64,000 bases of DNA from Phyllobates terribilis (lineage: Eukaryota). The notes beneath the pieces are model-generated. The model saw only the letters and a program-made list of their open reading frames with translations. It searched no databases and was not told where the DNA came from. Location of the stretch: positions 382,540,001 to 382,604,000 of the forward strand of contig NW_027362763.1 in assembly GCF_046119375.1 (NCBI RefSeq), given 5' to 3'. The position numbers and the translations under genes are program-made. This document shows, piece after piece, positions 49,403 through 60,155 of this stretch (position 1 is the first letter of the stretch; every line of letters begins with the position of its first letter).

Positions 49403-51692
49403 ATGCTTACAGAAGGTGAAACTTCCTTATTGGCTAAAGGATTATCATTTTGTCCAGATGCTGAATTAAATAGTTTTGATCTTTTCTTAGATCTGAACGA
49501 ATTCTTTCGTAAATTGACTATTAAGCGACATTTTTTGATAGAGGAACGTGGCAAGAAATTACCAGCTCCCAATGCTTCCGTAGGTTTTTCCAATTCACCT
49601 GAGGAGGTAACCATCCCTACTGATCAATATAAGCATATGCCAGTCAGGGGAGGCTCTAATAAGTTTTACCAGATGCACCACAAGGGTGCACATATAGAAT
49701 CTTTCCAACAATTGGTCCTCAGAGATCTACGCACGATTGAGCGGCGCAGGAAACCAGACAATTTGATGAAAAGTGAAAGGGAAGCAATGCAGACTTTGAA
49801 GAACAATAATGACATTATAATAAAAAGTGCCGATAAAGGAGGAGGAGTCGTGATTATGGACAGATCCTGGTACTTGTGTGAGGGTCTTAGGATACTTAGT
49901 GACGACCAATACTACCATAAATTGGATATTGATCCTTCTATCTCCATCTTTGTTAATTATTTGATTAAGGAAGGTTATGAAAAGGGCATTCTGAATAAGA
50001 ATGAAAAAAGGTTCTTAGATATCTCATGTTACCGGACCCCCATTTTTTATCTTTTACCGAAATTACACAAGGATCCCTGTAATCCGCCTGGGCGCCCCAT
50101 CATATCCAGGATAAATTCCATTACGTCCAATCTATCAAACTTCATCGATTTGTTTCTTCAGAAATATGTATGTGAATTGGGGTCCTATCTTAAAGACTCC
50201 TCAACTTTAATTGCCACAGTTAGAAGTTTGCCGTCTGTGAAGAACTGTATTCTTATCACAGCAGATGTTGCAGCTCTTTACAGTAATATCTCCCACTAAC
50301 TAGGTATAGAAGGGGTGCGCCATTACTTAATGGAAGATGGTAGTATCCCCCTTTTTCAAAAAGAGTTTATTTTGAAATTAATAGAATTCATATTAAATAA
50401 TAATGTGTTCTCATTCGAAGATAATTTTTATAAGCAAATAAAGGGCTGTGCAATGGGGACGAGGGTAGCTCCCAGCTACGCAAATATCTTCATGGGACGC
50501 TTTGAATCTTTGTTCATCACGTCTTCTCCTCTAACCCAAGGCCATATATGATTATATCGTCGTTACATCGATGATCTGTTCTTTATCTGGGAAGGGACGG
50601 AAAAATCAGCCCAGGATTTCTTTGAAATTTTGGATAATAACCCATGTTAAGTTCACTGTATCCATGTCAAGTGACTCCATGCAGTTTCTTGACTTAGTTT
50701 TGAAATTGGATGATTTGGGGAGGGTTCTCACATCCACCCATTTCAAAACCGTGGATGTGAATAGCTACCTCAGATTTGACAGTGGCCATCTTCCAAGGTG
50801 GACTAAGAACATTCCGTATGGCCAGTATTGGCGTATACGGAAAAATTGTACGCAGGATGAAGATTTTGAAAAGGAGGCTGATGTCCTTGAAAAAAGATTC
50901 TTGAGGAAGGGGTATCCTAAGAAATTGATTATTGATGCGCATAAAAGAATTAAGCCGCTCAGTCAGGAATCATGTCTGACTCGATTTTCTGGCCCTAACT
51001 GTGAGCATGCGAATACAGGATATAAAGATTGGAGTTTAGTGACTACTTTCAATAAATCTAGAGTGTACATACAGGAACTATTAAGTCGTTATTGATGCGT
51101 CCTGTTGGGGGATCCGCTTTTGTCCAAACATTTGCCATGTAAACCCAGGATTGTTTATAGGAAGAATCGGAATTTACGGTCCTTTATATCGCCCAGTAAC
51201 ACAACATTGAAATCTGCTGCTTCAGTACAGAGATATGGGAGGCAAAGGCAAGAAGGAGTAGGTGGTTTTGCTTGCAGATCTCCTGGCTGTTTATGCTGTA
51301 GTACCATTAATCATGGGGCAGTATCCTTCTGCTCGCAAACCACTGGTGAACAATTCCCCATCACCTGTAACGTAGACTGTCATTCTGACTATGTGGTCTA
51401 CTTGTTGCATTGTGGATGTGGTTTGCAATACGTAGGCCGAACTATACAAAGAATGCAGGCCCGCCTTAATAAACATCGCTCTAATATTAAGAATGGGTAT
51501 GTGCAGCATAGTGTTTCCAAGCACTTTCTGACTGCCCACCAGAGAGATCCCATTAGCTTGAAACTCACGATTTTAGAACAAGTACCTGATAATGTAACAA
51601 ATCGGCTTAATTATCTTATGAAGAGAGAGAATTTTGGGATTTTTAAATTGGGTACATTATATCCGGAAGGTTTGAATTTAGCGATTGATAAT
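49403..51692 (+). pseudogene. Penelope RT plus GIY-YIG ORF, lightly disrupted
   Basis: In-frame stops at 50297, 50549 and 51093 and one frameshift near 50640. The end runs into the N gap. Confidence 0.88.
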
Positions 51693-51841
51693 NNNNNNNN
51701 NNNNNNNNNNNNNNNNNNNNNNNNNNNNNNNNNNNNNNNNNNNNNNNNNNNNNNNNNNNNNNNNNNNNNNNNNNNNNNNNNNNNNNNNNNNNNNNNNNNN
51801 NNNNNNNNNNNNNNNNNNNNNNNNNNNNNNNNNNNNNNNNN
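51693..51841. other. Assembly gap (149 N)
   Basis: Run of N. Confidence 1.
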
Positions 51842-52152
51842 TGAGGTGTATACTTAGGATATGCCTCACCAATTTTTATATATGTTTATTTACCCTCATT
51901 TATATATGCATTTTTATATGTATGTATTTTTAAAGCATTGCCGTTAATGTCTGCATCTTGCATCTTCATAGTAAGTTTATAATGTGTAGTTATTGACCCG
52001 TAATGCTTTTTTAAGTCCCCTTTGTTATTAAATTGTAATTGTCTTTTTTAATGGTGATTAAGGGGTTAAGTACCAAATTCTCCCTTGGTACCTCCCATTG
52101 AGTTCCTTTGTGTTATGTATAAAAGTGCCTGTTTCTGCTATTTTCCCATAAC

Positions 52153-52197
52153 TCCACCTGATGAAGGCAGCAGACCGCTGCAGAAACGCGTTGTGGG
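52153..52197 (+). ncRNA. Minimal type I hammerhead ribozyme in the Penelope 3' tail (pseudo-LTR)
   Basis: CCAC-CTGATGA-AG-GCAGC-AGACC-GCTGC-A-GAAA-CGCG-T-T-GTGG: stem I CCAC/GTGG, core CUGAUGA and GAAA, 5-bp stem II, palindromic ACGCGT stem III, GUU cleavage triplet. Confidence 0.8.
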
Positions 52198-52922
52198 CAT
52201 TAGAACTTCAATAAAAAGGTTTGTTTTATCCTTTTCCAGCGCTTTATCCAGTTTCTAGCGCCCCACTGACCACTTCAATTTGCACACCACTGCTATGCTC
52301 CTAGTGACATCTGTACCAAAATTGAAGCCAGGCAAGTCATTAGAAAAAGCTATAGTGGATATAGTGAAAGGGTACAGTTATGATGAAGTGAGCCGAATTA
52401 TACCTGGCAAGGAAAATGGTGTCAATGAAAGTGAATGGTAAGAAAACTCATGTCAAAAAGAGGCTGGTTCTTGCCAATTTGAAAGAGACCTACGAATAAA
52501 AAAAATAAATAAATTCAACTTCTGCTAAAAAAGGATTTTGAAAATGTGCTGCCCTGCCACCTAAGAATTGTGTCCTGGCTGGTGGTAGTGGAGCGCGCTC
52601 AGTATGCGTATGTACAGCACACCAGGACACTAAGCTTATGATTGAAGGAAGTAAGCTTAAGGATATTCAGATTGGTGATTACAAAATATGTGAATCACAT
52701 AATGTGTCCAGAAAAGAGTTTTACATTTTTACCTAAATATCTGCAAAATGTCCTCTGGTTAATGCCTCTCCAAGAAAAAATATTACATAATTTTGAAGAG
52801 GCTATGATATATAGTATAACTTATAAACCGTGGCTATATGGTAACAGATGGACTTTTGACACTGTTTCTAAAAGTGCAGAAGACTTTGTAGAATGTTTTT
52901 GTGACCAGGTGATAGTCCTTAA

Positions 52923-53461
52923 AGGGTTAGTCTGAAACCCAAAAGTAAATTATAATTAACAAATCTTTAAAAATGAATAACTTTTGTAATTTAAGTCATG
53001 GTAAAACTCCCTACCATTCACTCTATACTGCAACTTAGGGTTCTCTCTCTATATTACCCCCTTTCTATGACTATTCGTTTGAGAATCCCAGTGCATGATG
53101 GGACATTCAATTGAATCATCATCTGCTTGCAGAAACTGCTGTCACTCCCATTTCCACCCTGAAGCAAAGCGTCAACTGGGGGGCTGGGACATTCCGACAC
53201 ACCCCTTGCTTCTTTTGCAGCCCTGAAACGAAGAGTCATCAGTGACGCTTGTTTCAGGGGCTGTGCTGTCCCTGTGGTGTCTCTTCCGTGCGCAGTCTTC
53301 CCCGTGTTCAGTCTCCCCGTGAGCGCAGCATCTGCTTTGATGTCCACTTAGATGAATGGTAATAAGCCAGCAGCAGAGCAGTGTCACTATGCCCGACAGA
53401 CCAGTGACGTCACCTTTTAAAGATTTACTTGAAATTTACTGTTGGGTTTTGGACTAACCCT
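52923..53461. mobile_element. T2/Kolobok-type MITE
   Basis: TTAA|AGGGTTAGTC...GACTAACCCT|TTAA, with the TIR extending imperfectly for about 30 bp. Confidence 0.88.
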
Positions 53462-53581
53462 TTAAAAAACACTCATTTATAGCTCACCAACAGTCCACTA
53501 CTACAATCACCTCAAAGAAAATATCACAGTGAGGCAGTAATAAGCTTAGACTTCTCAGAGAACTATTCCTTTGTTGTTCAG

Positions 53582-53897
53582 CAGGGCTGTGGCCAAGCCA
53601 AGCCTCCGACTCCAACTCAGACTCCTCAATTTCCACGACTCCACCTCCCTCATACATGGCTCATGTTTAAGTGATTTACTGTAGCACAGATTCATCTCCG
53701 CTAAAAGTCAAGACCCTTAGATCAGGAATAAGACAGACATTTATAGGACATCTCATAACTTTCCCAGATTCTTATGAAAACATATTCCCCACAAACTGCA
53801 TTGAACTACTGTACCCAATTTATTATATATTTTAGGAGTTGGAGTCTGTCCATTTTATACAGACTCCACCAAAATGGACTCCAACTCCACAGCCCTG
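53582..53897 (-). mobile_element. CAGGGCTGTGG-TIR MITE, complete copy
   Basis: TIR CAGGGCTGTGG at both ends, flanked by TTCAG on both sides, inserted into the VVQDEA codons of the transposase relic. Confidence 0.85.
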
Positions 53898-54601
53898 TTC
53901 AGGATGAAGCACAGTCAGAAATAAAATACAAAAGTGTAGTTCTGATATCAGAGTGCTTACTTCATGATTCAATAGCTGTTCATTTGGTCCAAAAAAAATT
54001 GATTTCAGTGATAAAAACTGACATCCTACTAAGTTTGAGCAAGGTCTACTACTTCTCAGGTGGCTCTTCTGCACAGTATAAAAAAAGGAGAAACGTTCTA
54101 AATGTCTGCCATCACAAGAAAGATTTTGACGTGAAAGCTGAATGGCACTTTAGGTTTAGGAGGCCCGTGAAATGACTTGCAGCTCGAGCTAGCCTCCACA
54201 GGCAAAATTCACACCAAATCTTAACACCCATGCAACTTTTCAACTGGAGTGAGAAAAATATTCCTAAAATCCAGTTTGTGTACTGCGCAAACCAGGACTA
54301 CGAAGAAGAGGAGTGCTTATTAAACCATCGGTTTTAAAAACTTGAGAAAGGACAGGTCTCGTGATGTAGTAATAAAATAATTACTTGTATATTTAGAAAG
54401 GTGTTAAAAATAGATTCTTTTAATTTATTATCTATCAATCAGTCTGTGTGTAAAAACGTTCATGTGAACATTGACATGTACTGTAAGTGTGCTGTCCTTA
54501 CTGCTACTGGTTTTGCATACTGACTTCACATGGACATTTAATACGTTTCATCTGAACAAGGCCTTATTTGTAATACCCTCTTTGCTTTTTAATCTCTGCA
54601 G

Positions 54602-54722
54602 GGAAGACCTTAGACGATGGTTTATACAGCAGGAAATGGACCTATTCAAATTCCGCTTCAGTCTTCTTTCAAAAGAAAAGGTTCAGGAGCTTCTCAAGTT
54701 CAATGATCTGGAATATGTTGCT
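54602..54722 (+). CDS. PRIM2: PRIM2 fourth coding exon
   Basis: (S)[40 protein letters not shown]; 121 nt; CTGCAG acceptor; donor GTAA cut off by the gap. No later PRIM2 exon was found in the window. Confidence 0.95.
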
Positions 54723-54726
54723 GTAA

Positions 54727-54858
54727 NNNNNNNNNNNNNNNNNNNNNNNNNNNNNNNNNNNNNNNNNNNNNNNNNNNNNNNNNNNNNNNNNNNNNNNNNN
54801 NNNNNNNNNNNNNNNNNNNNNNNNNNNNNNNNNNNNNNNNNNNNNNNNNNNNNNNNNN
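54727..54858. other. Assembly gap (132 N)
   Basis: Run of N starting 4 nt into the intron. Confidence 1.
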
Positions 54859-54926
54859 GGTAGATGGGCTCACTCGGCTGCTCACAGAAGTAGACACAGG
54901 AACCTTTCTTCTGCTGGTTGTTTAAA

Positions 54927-55150
54927 CAGGGCTGTGGAGTCGGAGTCGTGTCCATTTTGATGGAGTCTGAGTTGGAGTCGTTATAAACTGGACCGACTCC
55001 TAAAATATAGAATAATTTGAGTGCAGTAGTACAATGTACTATGTGCTATAAATGTTTTCATAAGAATTTATGAAAGTTATGAAATGTCCTATAAATGCCT
55101 GTTCTGTTCCTGATCTAAGGATCTTGGCTTTTAGTTGAGATTAATTTGTG
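54927..55150 (+). mobile_element. Partial CAGGGCTGTGGAGTCGG MITE
   Basis: Left TIR and body, inverted relative to 53582-53897. Confidence 0.8.
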
Positions 55151-55232
55151 CTGCACTTTATCTTCATGCTCAGTAGTGTGTGTGTGTGTGTGTGTGTGTG
55201 TAGATGTGCATATATATAATATTTTATACACA

Positions 55233-56826
55233 CAGTGAAGGAAATAAATATTTCCTTTGCTGTTTTTGTAAGTTTACCCAATGGCAAACACATGAACAGT
55301 CTATAATTTTAAGGGTAGGTTAATTTTAACATTGAGAGATAGAATATCCAAAAAAAAAATCAAGAAAATTACATTGTATACATTTATTTGCATTTTGCAG
55401 TGAGAAATAAGTATTTGATTCCTCTGGCAAACAACACTTAATACTTGGTGGCAAAACCCTTGTTGGCAAGCACAGCAGTCAAATATTTTTTGTAGTTGAT
55501 GATGAGGGTTGCGCACATATCAGGGGGAATTTTGGTCCACTCCTGTTTGCAGATCATCTCTAAATCATTAAGATTTTGAGGCTGTCTCTTGGCAACTCGG
55601 AGCTTCAACTCCCTCCATAAGTTTTCTATGGGATTAAGGTCTGGAGACTGGCTAGGCCACTCCATGACCTTACTGTGCTTCTTTTTGAGACACTCCTTTG
55701 TTGCCTTGGCTGAATGTTTTGGGTCATTGTCTTGCTGGAAGACCCAGCCACGACCCACTTTTAATGTCGTTGCGGAGGGAAGGAGGTTGTCACTCAGGAT
55801 TTTACGGTACATGGCTCCATCCATTCTCCCATTGATGCAGTGAAGTAGTCCTGTGCCTTTAGCAGAGAAACACCCCCGAAACATAATGTTTCCACCTCCA
55901 TGCTTGACAGTGGGGACGGTGTTCTTTGGGTTATAGGCAGCATTTCTCTTCCTCCAAACATGGTGAGTTGAGTTAATGCCAAAGAGCTCAATTTTTGTCT
56001 CATCTGACCACAGCACCTTCTCCCAATAACTCACAGAATCATCCAGATGTTCATTGCCAAACTGCAGACGGGCCTGCGCATGTGTCTTCTTGAGCAGGGG
56101 GACCTTGCGGGCACTGCAGGATTTTAAACCTTTAAGGCGTAATGTGTTACCAATGGTTTTCTTGGTGACTGTGGTCCCAACTGCCTTGTGATCATTAACA
56201 AGTTCCCCCCGTATAGTTTTAGGCTGATCTCTCACCTTCCTCATGATGAAGGATATCCCACGAGGTGAGATTTTGCATGGTGCCCCAGATTGATGCCAAT
56301 TGACAGTCATTTTGTATTTCTTCCATTTTCTTACTATTACACCAACATTTGTCTCCTTCTCACCCAGCGTCTTACTTATGTTTTTGGAGCCCATTCCATC
56401 TTTTTGCAGGTCTATGATCTTGTCCCTGATATGCTTAGAAAGCTCTTTGGTCCTGCCCATGTTGTAGAGGTTAGAGTCTGACTGATTAATTAAGTCTGTG
56501 GACAGGAGTCTTTTATACAGGTGACTATGTAAGACAGCTGTCTTTAATGCAGGTAACGAGTTGATTAGGAGCGTCTAACTGGTCTGTAGGAGCCAGAACT
56601 CATAATGGCTTGTAGGGGATCAAATAATTATTATTTCTCACTGCAAAATGCAAATAAATGTATCTAATTTATATAATGTGATATTCTTGATTTTTTTTTT
56701 TTTTTCTTTTTTTGGAAATTCTATCTCTCTCTCTCAACTACCCTTAAAATTATAGACTGTTCATGTGTTTGCCAGTGGGTAAACTTACAAAAGCAGCAAG
56801 GGATCAAATAATTATTTCCTTCACTG
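55233..56826 (-). mobile_element. Full-length Tc1 transposon with ~200-bp IR/DR-type TIRs
   Basis: CAGTGAAGGAAATAA... at 55233 and ...TTATTTCCTTCACTG then TA at 56826. An inner direct repeat CAGTGAGAAATAAGTATTTGA lies near 55398. The left TA reads CA. Confidence 0.93.
55438..56460 (-). CDS. Tc1 transposase, 340 aa, uninterrupted, DD34E
   Basis: Paired-like N-terminus, [32 protein letters not shown]. There are 34 residues between the second D and the E. Confidence 0.92.
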   Translation of the reverse strand: MGRTKELSKHIRDKIIDLQKDGMGSKNISKTLGEKETNVGVIVRKWKKYKMTVNWHQSGAPCKISPRGISFIMRKVRDQPKTIRGELVNDHKAVGTTVTKKTIGNTLRLKGLKSCSARKVPLLKKTHAQARLQFGNEHLDDSVSYWEKVLWSDETKIELFGINSTHHVWRKRNAAYNPKNTVPTVKHGGGNIMFRGCFSAKGTGLLHCINGRMDGAMYRKILSDNLLPSATTLKVGRGWVFQQDNDPKHSAKATKECLKKKHSKVMEWPSQSPDLNPIENLWRELKLRVAKRQPQNLNDLEMICKQEWTKIPPDMCATLIINYKKYLTAVLANKGFATKY

Positions 56827-57058
56827 TACAATGTTGGCACTGTGACTCCCATCACTCGTGTGAGTTCTGTCTGACGGAACGCTGCAGCCCATCAACAGCC
56901 ATTTATGGGCTCCAGCGCTCATGAATGAGAAGGATAATGCAGGGAAATACATTCATTGTCCCATCTGTGGTCTCATCATGGACTGATTTGGGAAGGGATC
57001 AGGTCTCTGCAATCAGTGAAAAAGTTCTTCCATCAGCATATTGTTCGCTTATAAATGG

Positions 57059-57113
57059 CCAGTGGGCAAACGTACAAAAACAGCAAGGGGTCAAACACTT
57101 ATTTCCTTCACTG
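57059..57113. repeat. Isolated extra copy of the Tc1 right TIR tip
   Basis: TGGGCAAACGTACAAAAACAGCAAGGGGTCAAACACTTATTTCCTTCACTG resembles 56777-56826. Confidence 0.75.
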
Positions 57114-59145
57114 TGTGTGTGTATATATTATATACACACATATACTTTATCTTGTGCTTACAGTGTATTGTGGAGTATGTTTCTTCTATTTGCTTGTACA
57201 GTTGGATTCAGAAGTATCATCTGTGACACAACTTTCATTATTTAACCTCTAAACACTAGTACATGGATTCACAATAAAGACCTGTCATTTTTACAGCATT
57301 AGGCTATATCTGAGTGAATTTAAAGCCCCATGCCACACGTCCACCCTTCCCTATCTATCTTTTATCCCCATCTATTCATAAAACGTTGTTTTTTTTTTTT
57401 TTTTTAAATATTTTTAACCAAATTCTAAACTATCCTCTCTGTTTTTAAGTTCCTAGTGGTTTTCTTACATTTCTGAAGTAGTCTGATGGTAGACAGTGGC
57501 AGTGATATGCCTATCTCCTTGAGAGTGTTCTTGACTAGATTTAGTAAAGTGTCTTTTGTTTTCCAAGAATCCATTGTGCTATAATATGGAGGCTGTTATA
57601 AAAATTCTGTCGGCATCCAAATACCTCTGGATCTGTGTTAATGTGTATAAATTGTTGTTCTGGTTTCCACAATTACTCATAGAGCGTAAATTTCGGCGGC
57701 GAGGACCGCCATTGTGGCATATGACATTCAGGTGTTTTAACATGATAACTCTTTGAACATAACAGAAATCAATAGGCTGAAGTACACGGCGATCCTTGAC
57801 ATCTGCTGGAACATTCAGACAGTCTTATTGAGCTTTAGCTAAAGCTCAGATTTAGATCTTGCTCTATGAAATTCAGATCAATACAATCCAGCGCTATTCT
57901 GGGCACGCTGGATTCTTTTTATATGGTGTACTTTTCTTCACCTTTCAGAGAAGTTGGGAACAGTTTCACTCTCGTATATAGTTAATAGAACTAGCGAAAG
58001 AGGTAAACCACAGAATACTCAGGAAGTCTACTGTAGGATATGTTATTGAATTATTAAAAAGGCAGTTGGTGAACACCTCCTATATACAGCATAGTGATAT
58101 GTGATAATGACCTCTTGCAAGCCATGTTGGTTAAATTATGGGTCTGTAGTGGCTGGACTGCATAATGTCTATATGACAGATCTGTACTATGTCCAGAGAC
58201 CTCCTGACTCTCCGCTAACAGGAAGGGAAGATTGTGCATGTTTGATTTTAACATGTTTGATCCTTCATGCCCATGTTAATATCAGGAGGGGTTTGGGAAT
58301 AGCTTATTTCCCTCTCACCATTTAAAATATACTTGCATGTTCAGCCAAGCCCAGCATACGTGTTTATCAGAAAGTCAGCAGAAATAGCTTTCAGCATTGT
58401 GTGTGGCCATGTAATGGAGGATCATGATCTCCGCGTGGTATGTGGGTTGTTGTGTTTTTTTTTTAAATAAATACATGTAAGAGGATCACATTGCTCAATT
58501 CTGAGATTTTAAATTGATGCTTATTTCTGCAGAACAATTAAGCCCCTTTGGCTCTGTGCATCATTGTCTGTTTCCACTTTCTGGATATAGGTCTGTTTAA
58601 CCAAATGGTTTATTACTTAGAGAAATCTATTTGGGTATGTGCTGACAGGACTAATTGCAGTAGAAAATGTCCAGCAGCAAAAACCACCACAAGACCACAC
58701 ATTTCCTTGCTGAAATGGTGCAATTTTTCTGCTGAGAACAATCTGCTGTGTAAATGCCTCACGTGCTTATAAAGTAGAGGGGACGCTCTGGAACCCATTA
58801 ATTCTGGAAATTGGCAGGCTTGGGTCACTGCTTATGCTTTTATTCTGCTTCTTTTGATGGGTAGAGTAGTGTAGTCTGCTGATAGAGCAATCCTAAATTA
58901 GTGGTATTTGTTGGGAGCCATTACACTAAACAGATGCATGTCATATTGGCTTACAGTAACGGTAGGGGTTGTCTTATTTGAACAGGCACAATGTAATATT
59001 TTCTCTGCACTCACTGTGGCTTAAAGAAGGCAACCACGTTTTAAGGAGAAGTTAGACTCTAACCTTTGCAAAGCTGGTGATAGCAGATGATCAGCAATGG
59101 TTAAAGCCAACTTTTATTTCAACTGCTTCCTGCTAATTAGTGTAA

Positions 59146-59535
59146 GGCTATGTTCACACATCATGTTTTATTCTGCATTCTTTTTCTGCAGCAATATCTG
59201 ATCTCTTGCCAGGAGATTAAGCATTTTTGTTGCTGTTTTCTTGCTTTTTGGTGCGTTTTGTCAGCGTTTTTTTCACTGCCCTTTTGTCTCTGTTATGCAT
59301 GTACATAAAGTTCAGTGAAAAAAAAAAAAAATCTCATTCTGGTTTATGCACAAAAAACGCTGAAAGAAGTGACATCCTCTATCATTCAAAAAACCATGCA
59401 AAGCACAAAATCCTGAACGAAAAAACCCATGATGTGTGCATGAGATTTATGGAGTCTCATAGACTTTGCTGGTACTGCAAAACGCAGCAGAAAAAATCTA
59501 AAACGCTGTTAAAAACATGATGTGTGAACATAGCC
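59146..59535. mobile_element. PIF/Harbinger MITE
   Basis: Perfect TIR GGCTATGTTCACACATCATGTTTT and TAA TSD on both sides. Confidence 0.92.
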
Positions 59536-59701
59536 TAACTGTACTTCCAGATTGCAAGCAGTTAACAGCAATTAGGTGAACAGTTATCTACCAGAGATGG
59601 CAGCGGAGTTTCTCCCACGCCATCAGCTGCAGGAGCTGTAATACACCGCTAAGCTTGGAGATGTGCTGGGACAGAAGCTAGTAACAATCCCAGCACTTTA
59701 A

Positions 59702-60151
59702 AGGGAATCTCTCACTAAGTTTTTGCTACCTTATCTGAGAGCTGCATAATGTAGAGGTTGAGACCCTGATTCCAGCAGTGTGTCACTTACTGTGCTGCTT
59801 GCTGCAGTTTTGATAAAATCCTTGTTTTATCTGCTGCAGATCTAATTTCTCTGAGTACTGCTATGTGAATAACCCATCCACACCACTGACAGCTTTCTGT
59901 GTGCACTGTGTATAGGCAGAAAGCTGCCAATCTGTGTTGAGGGTGGGCTTATACAGAGCTCATGAATATGCTTGACTACATAGCAGCAGGTTTATTAGTC
60001 CTCTAGTGATAAATTCACTTTTATCGGCAGGAGCTTATCAAAACTACATGAAGCAGCCCAGTAAGTGACACATTGCTGGAATAAGGGTCTCTCTGCTACT
60101 ATATTTTGCTGCTCCCAGATTATGTAGCAAGAACCTATTGACTGATTCCCT
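59702..60151. mobile_element. T2/Kolobok-type MITE
   Basis: TTAA|AGGGAATC...GATTCCCT|TTAA. Related pieces occur at ~40200-40390 and ~63660-63818. Confidence 0.8.
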
Positions 60152-60155
60152 TTAA

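Larger units (their letters stand above)
49370..52215 (+). mobile_element. Penelope-like retroelement (GIY-YIG type, Neptune-like Cys-rich linker)
   Basis: IFNLSSHMLT...LAKGLSFCP, IIKSADKGG, YLLPKLHK...PPGRPIIS, ADVAALYSNI, GCAMGTRVAPSYANIFM, YIDD (50564-50575), FLD, IPYGQ, KGYP, C...C.CC linker, VVYLLHCGCGLQYVG (51393-51437), EGLN. The 3' tail has a hammerhead and AATAAA at 52210-52215. Confidence 0.93.
52310..54340 (+). pseudogene. Fragmented DDE DNA-transposase relic (tentatively Sola2-like), split by two MITEs
   Basis: Frames give SRIIPGK, KRLVLANLKETY, CVLAGGSGARSVCVCTAHQ, DFSENYSFVVQ|DEAQS, LHDSIAV, YFSGGSSAQYK, KAEWHF. Confidence 0.7.

Noticed and set aside
54471-54601. Hydrophobic N-terminal part of the 130-aa ORF, resembling a signal peptide
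   Set aside because: Intronic read-through upstream of the PRIM2 acceptor at 54601.
57949-58002. AG...GT-bounded segment as a possible next PRIM2 exon
   Set aside because: It has an in-frame TAG in the required phase and no similarity to the expected ISDEEK... sequence.
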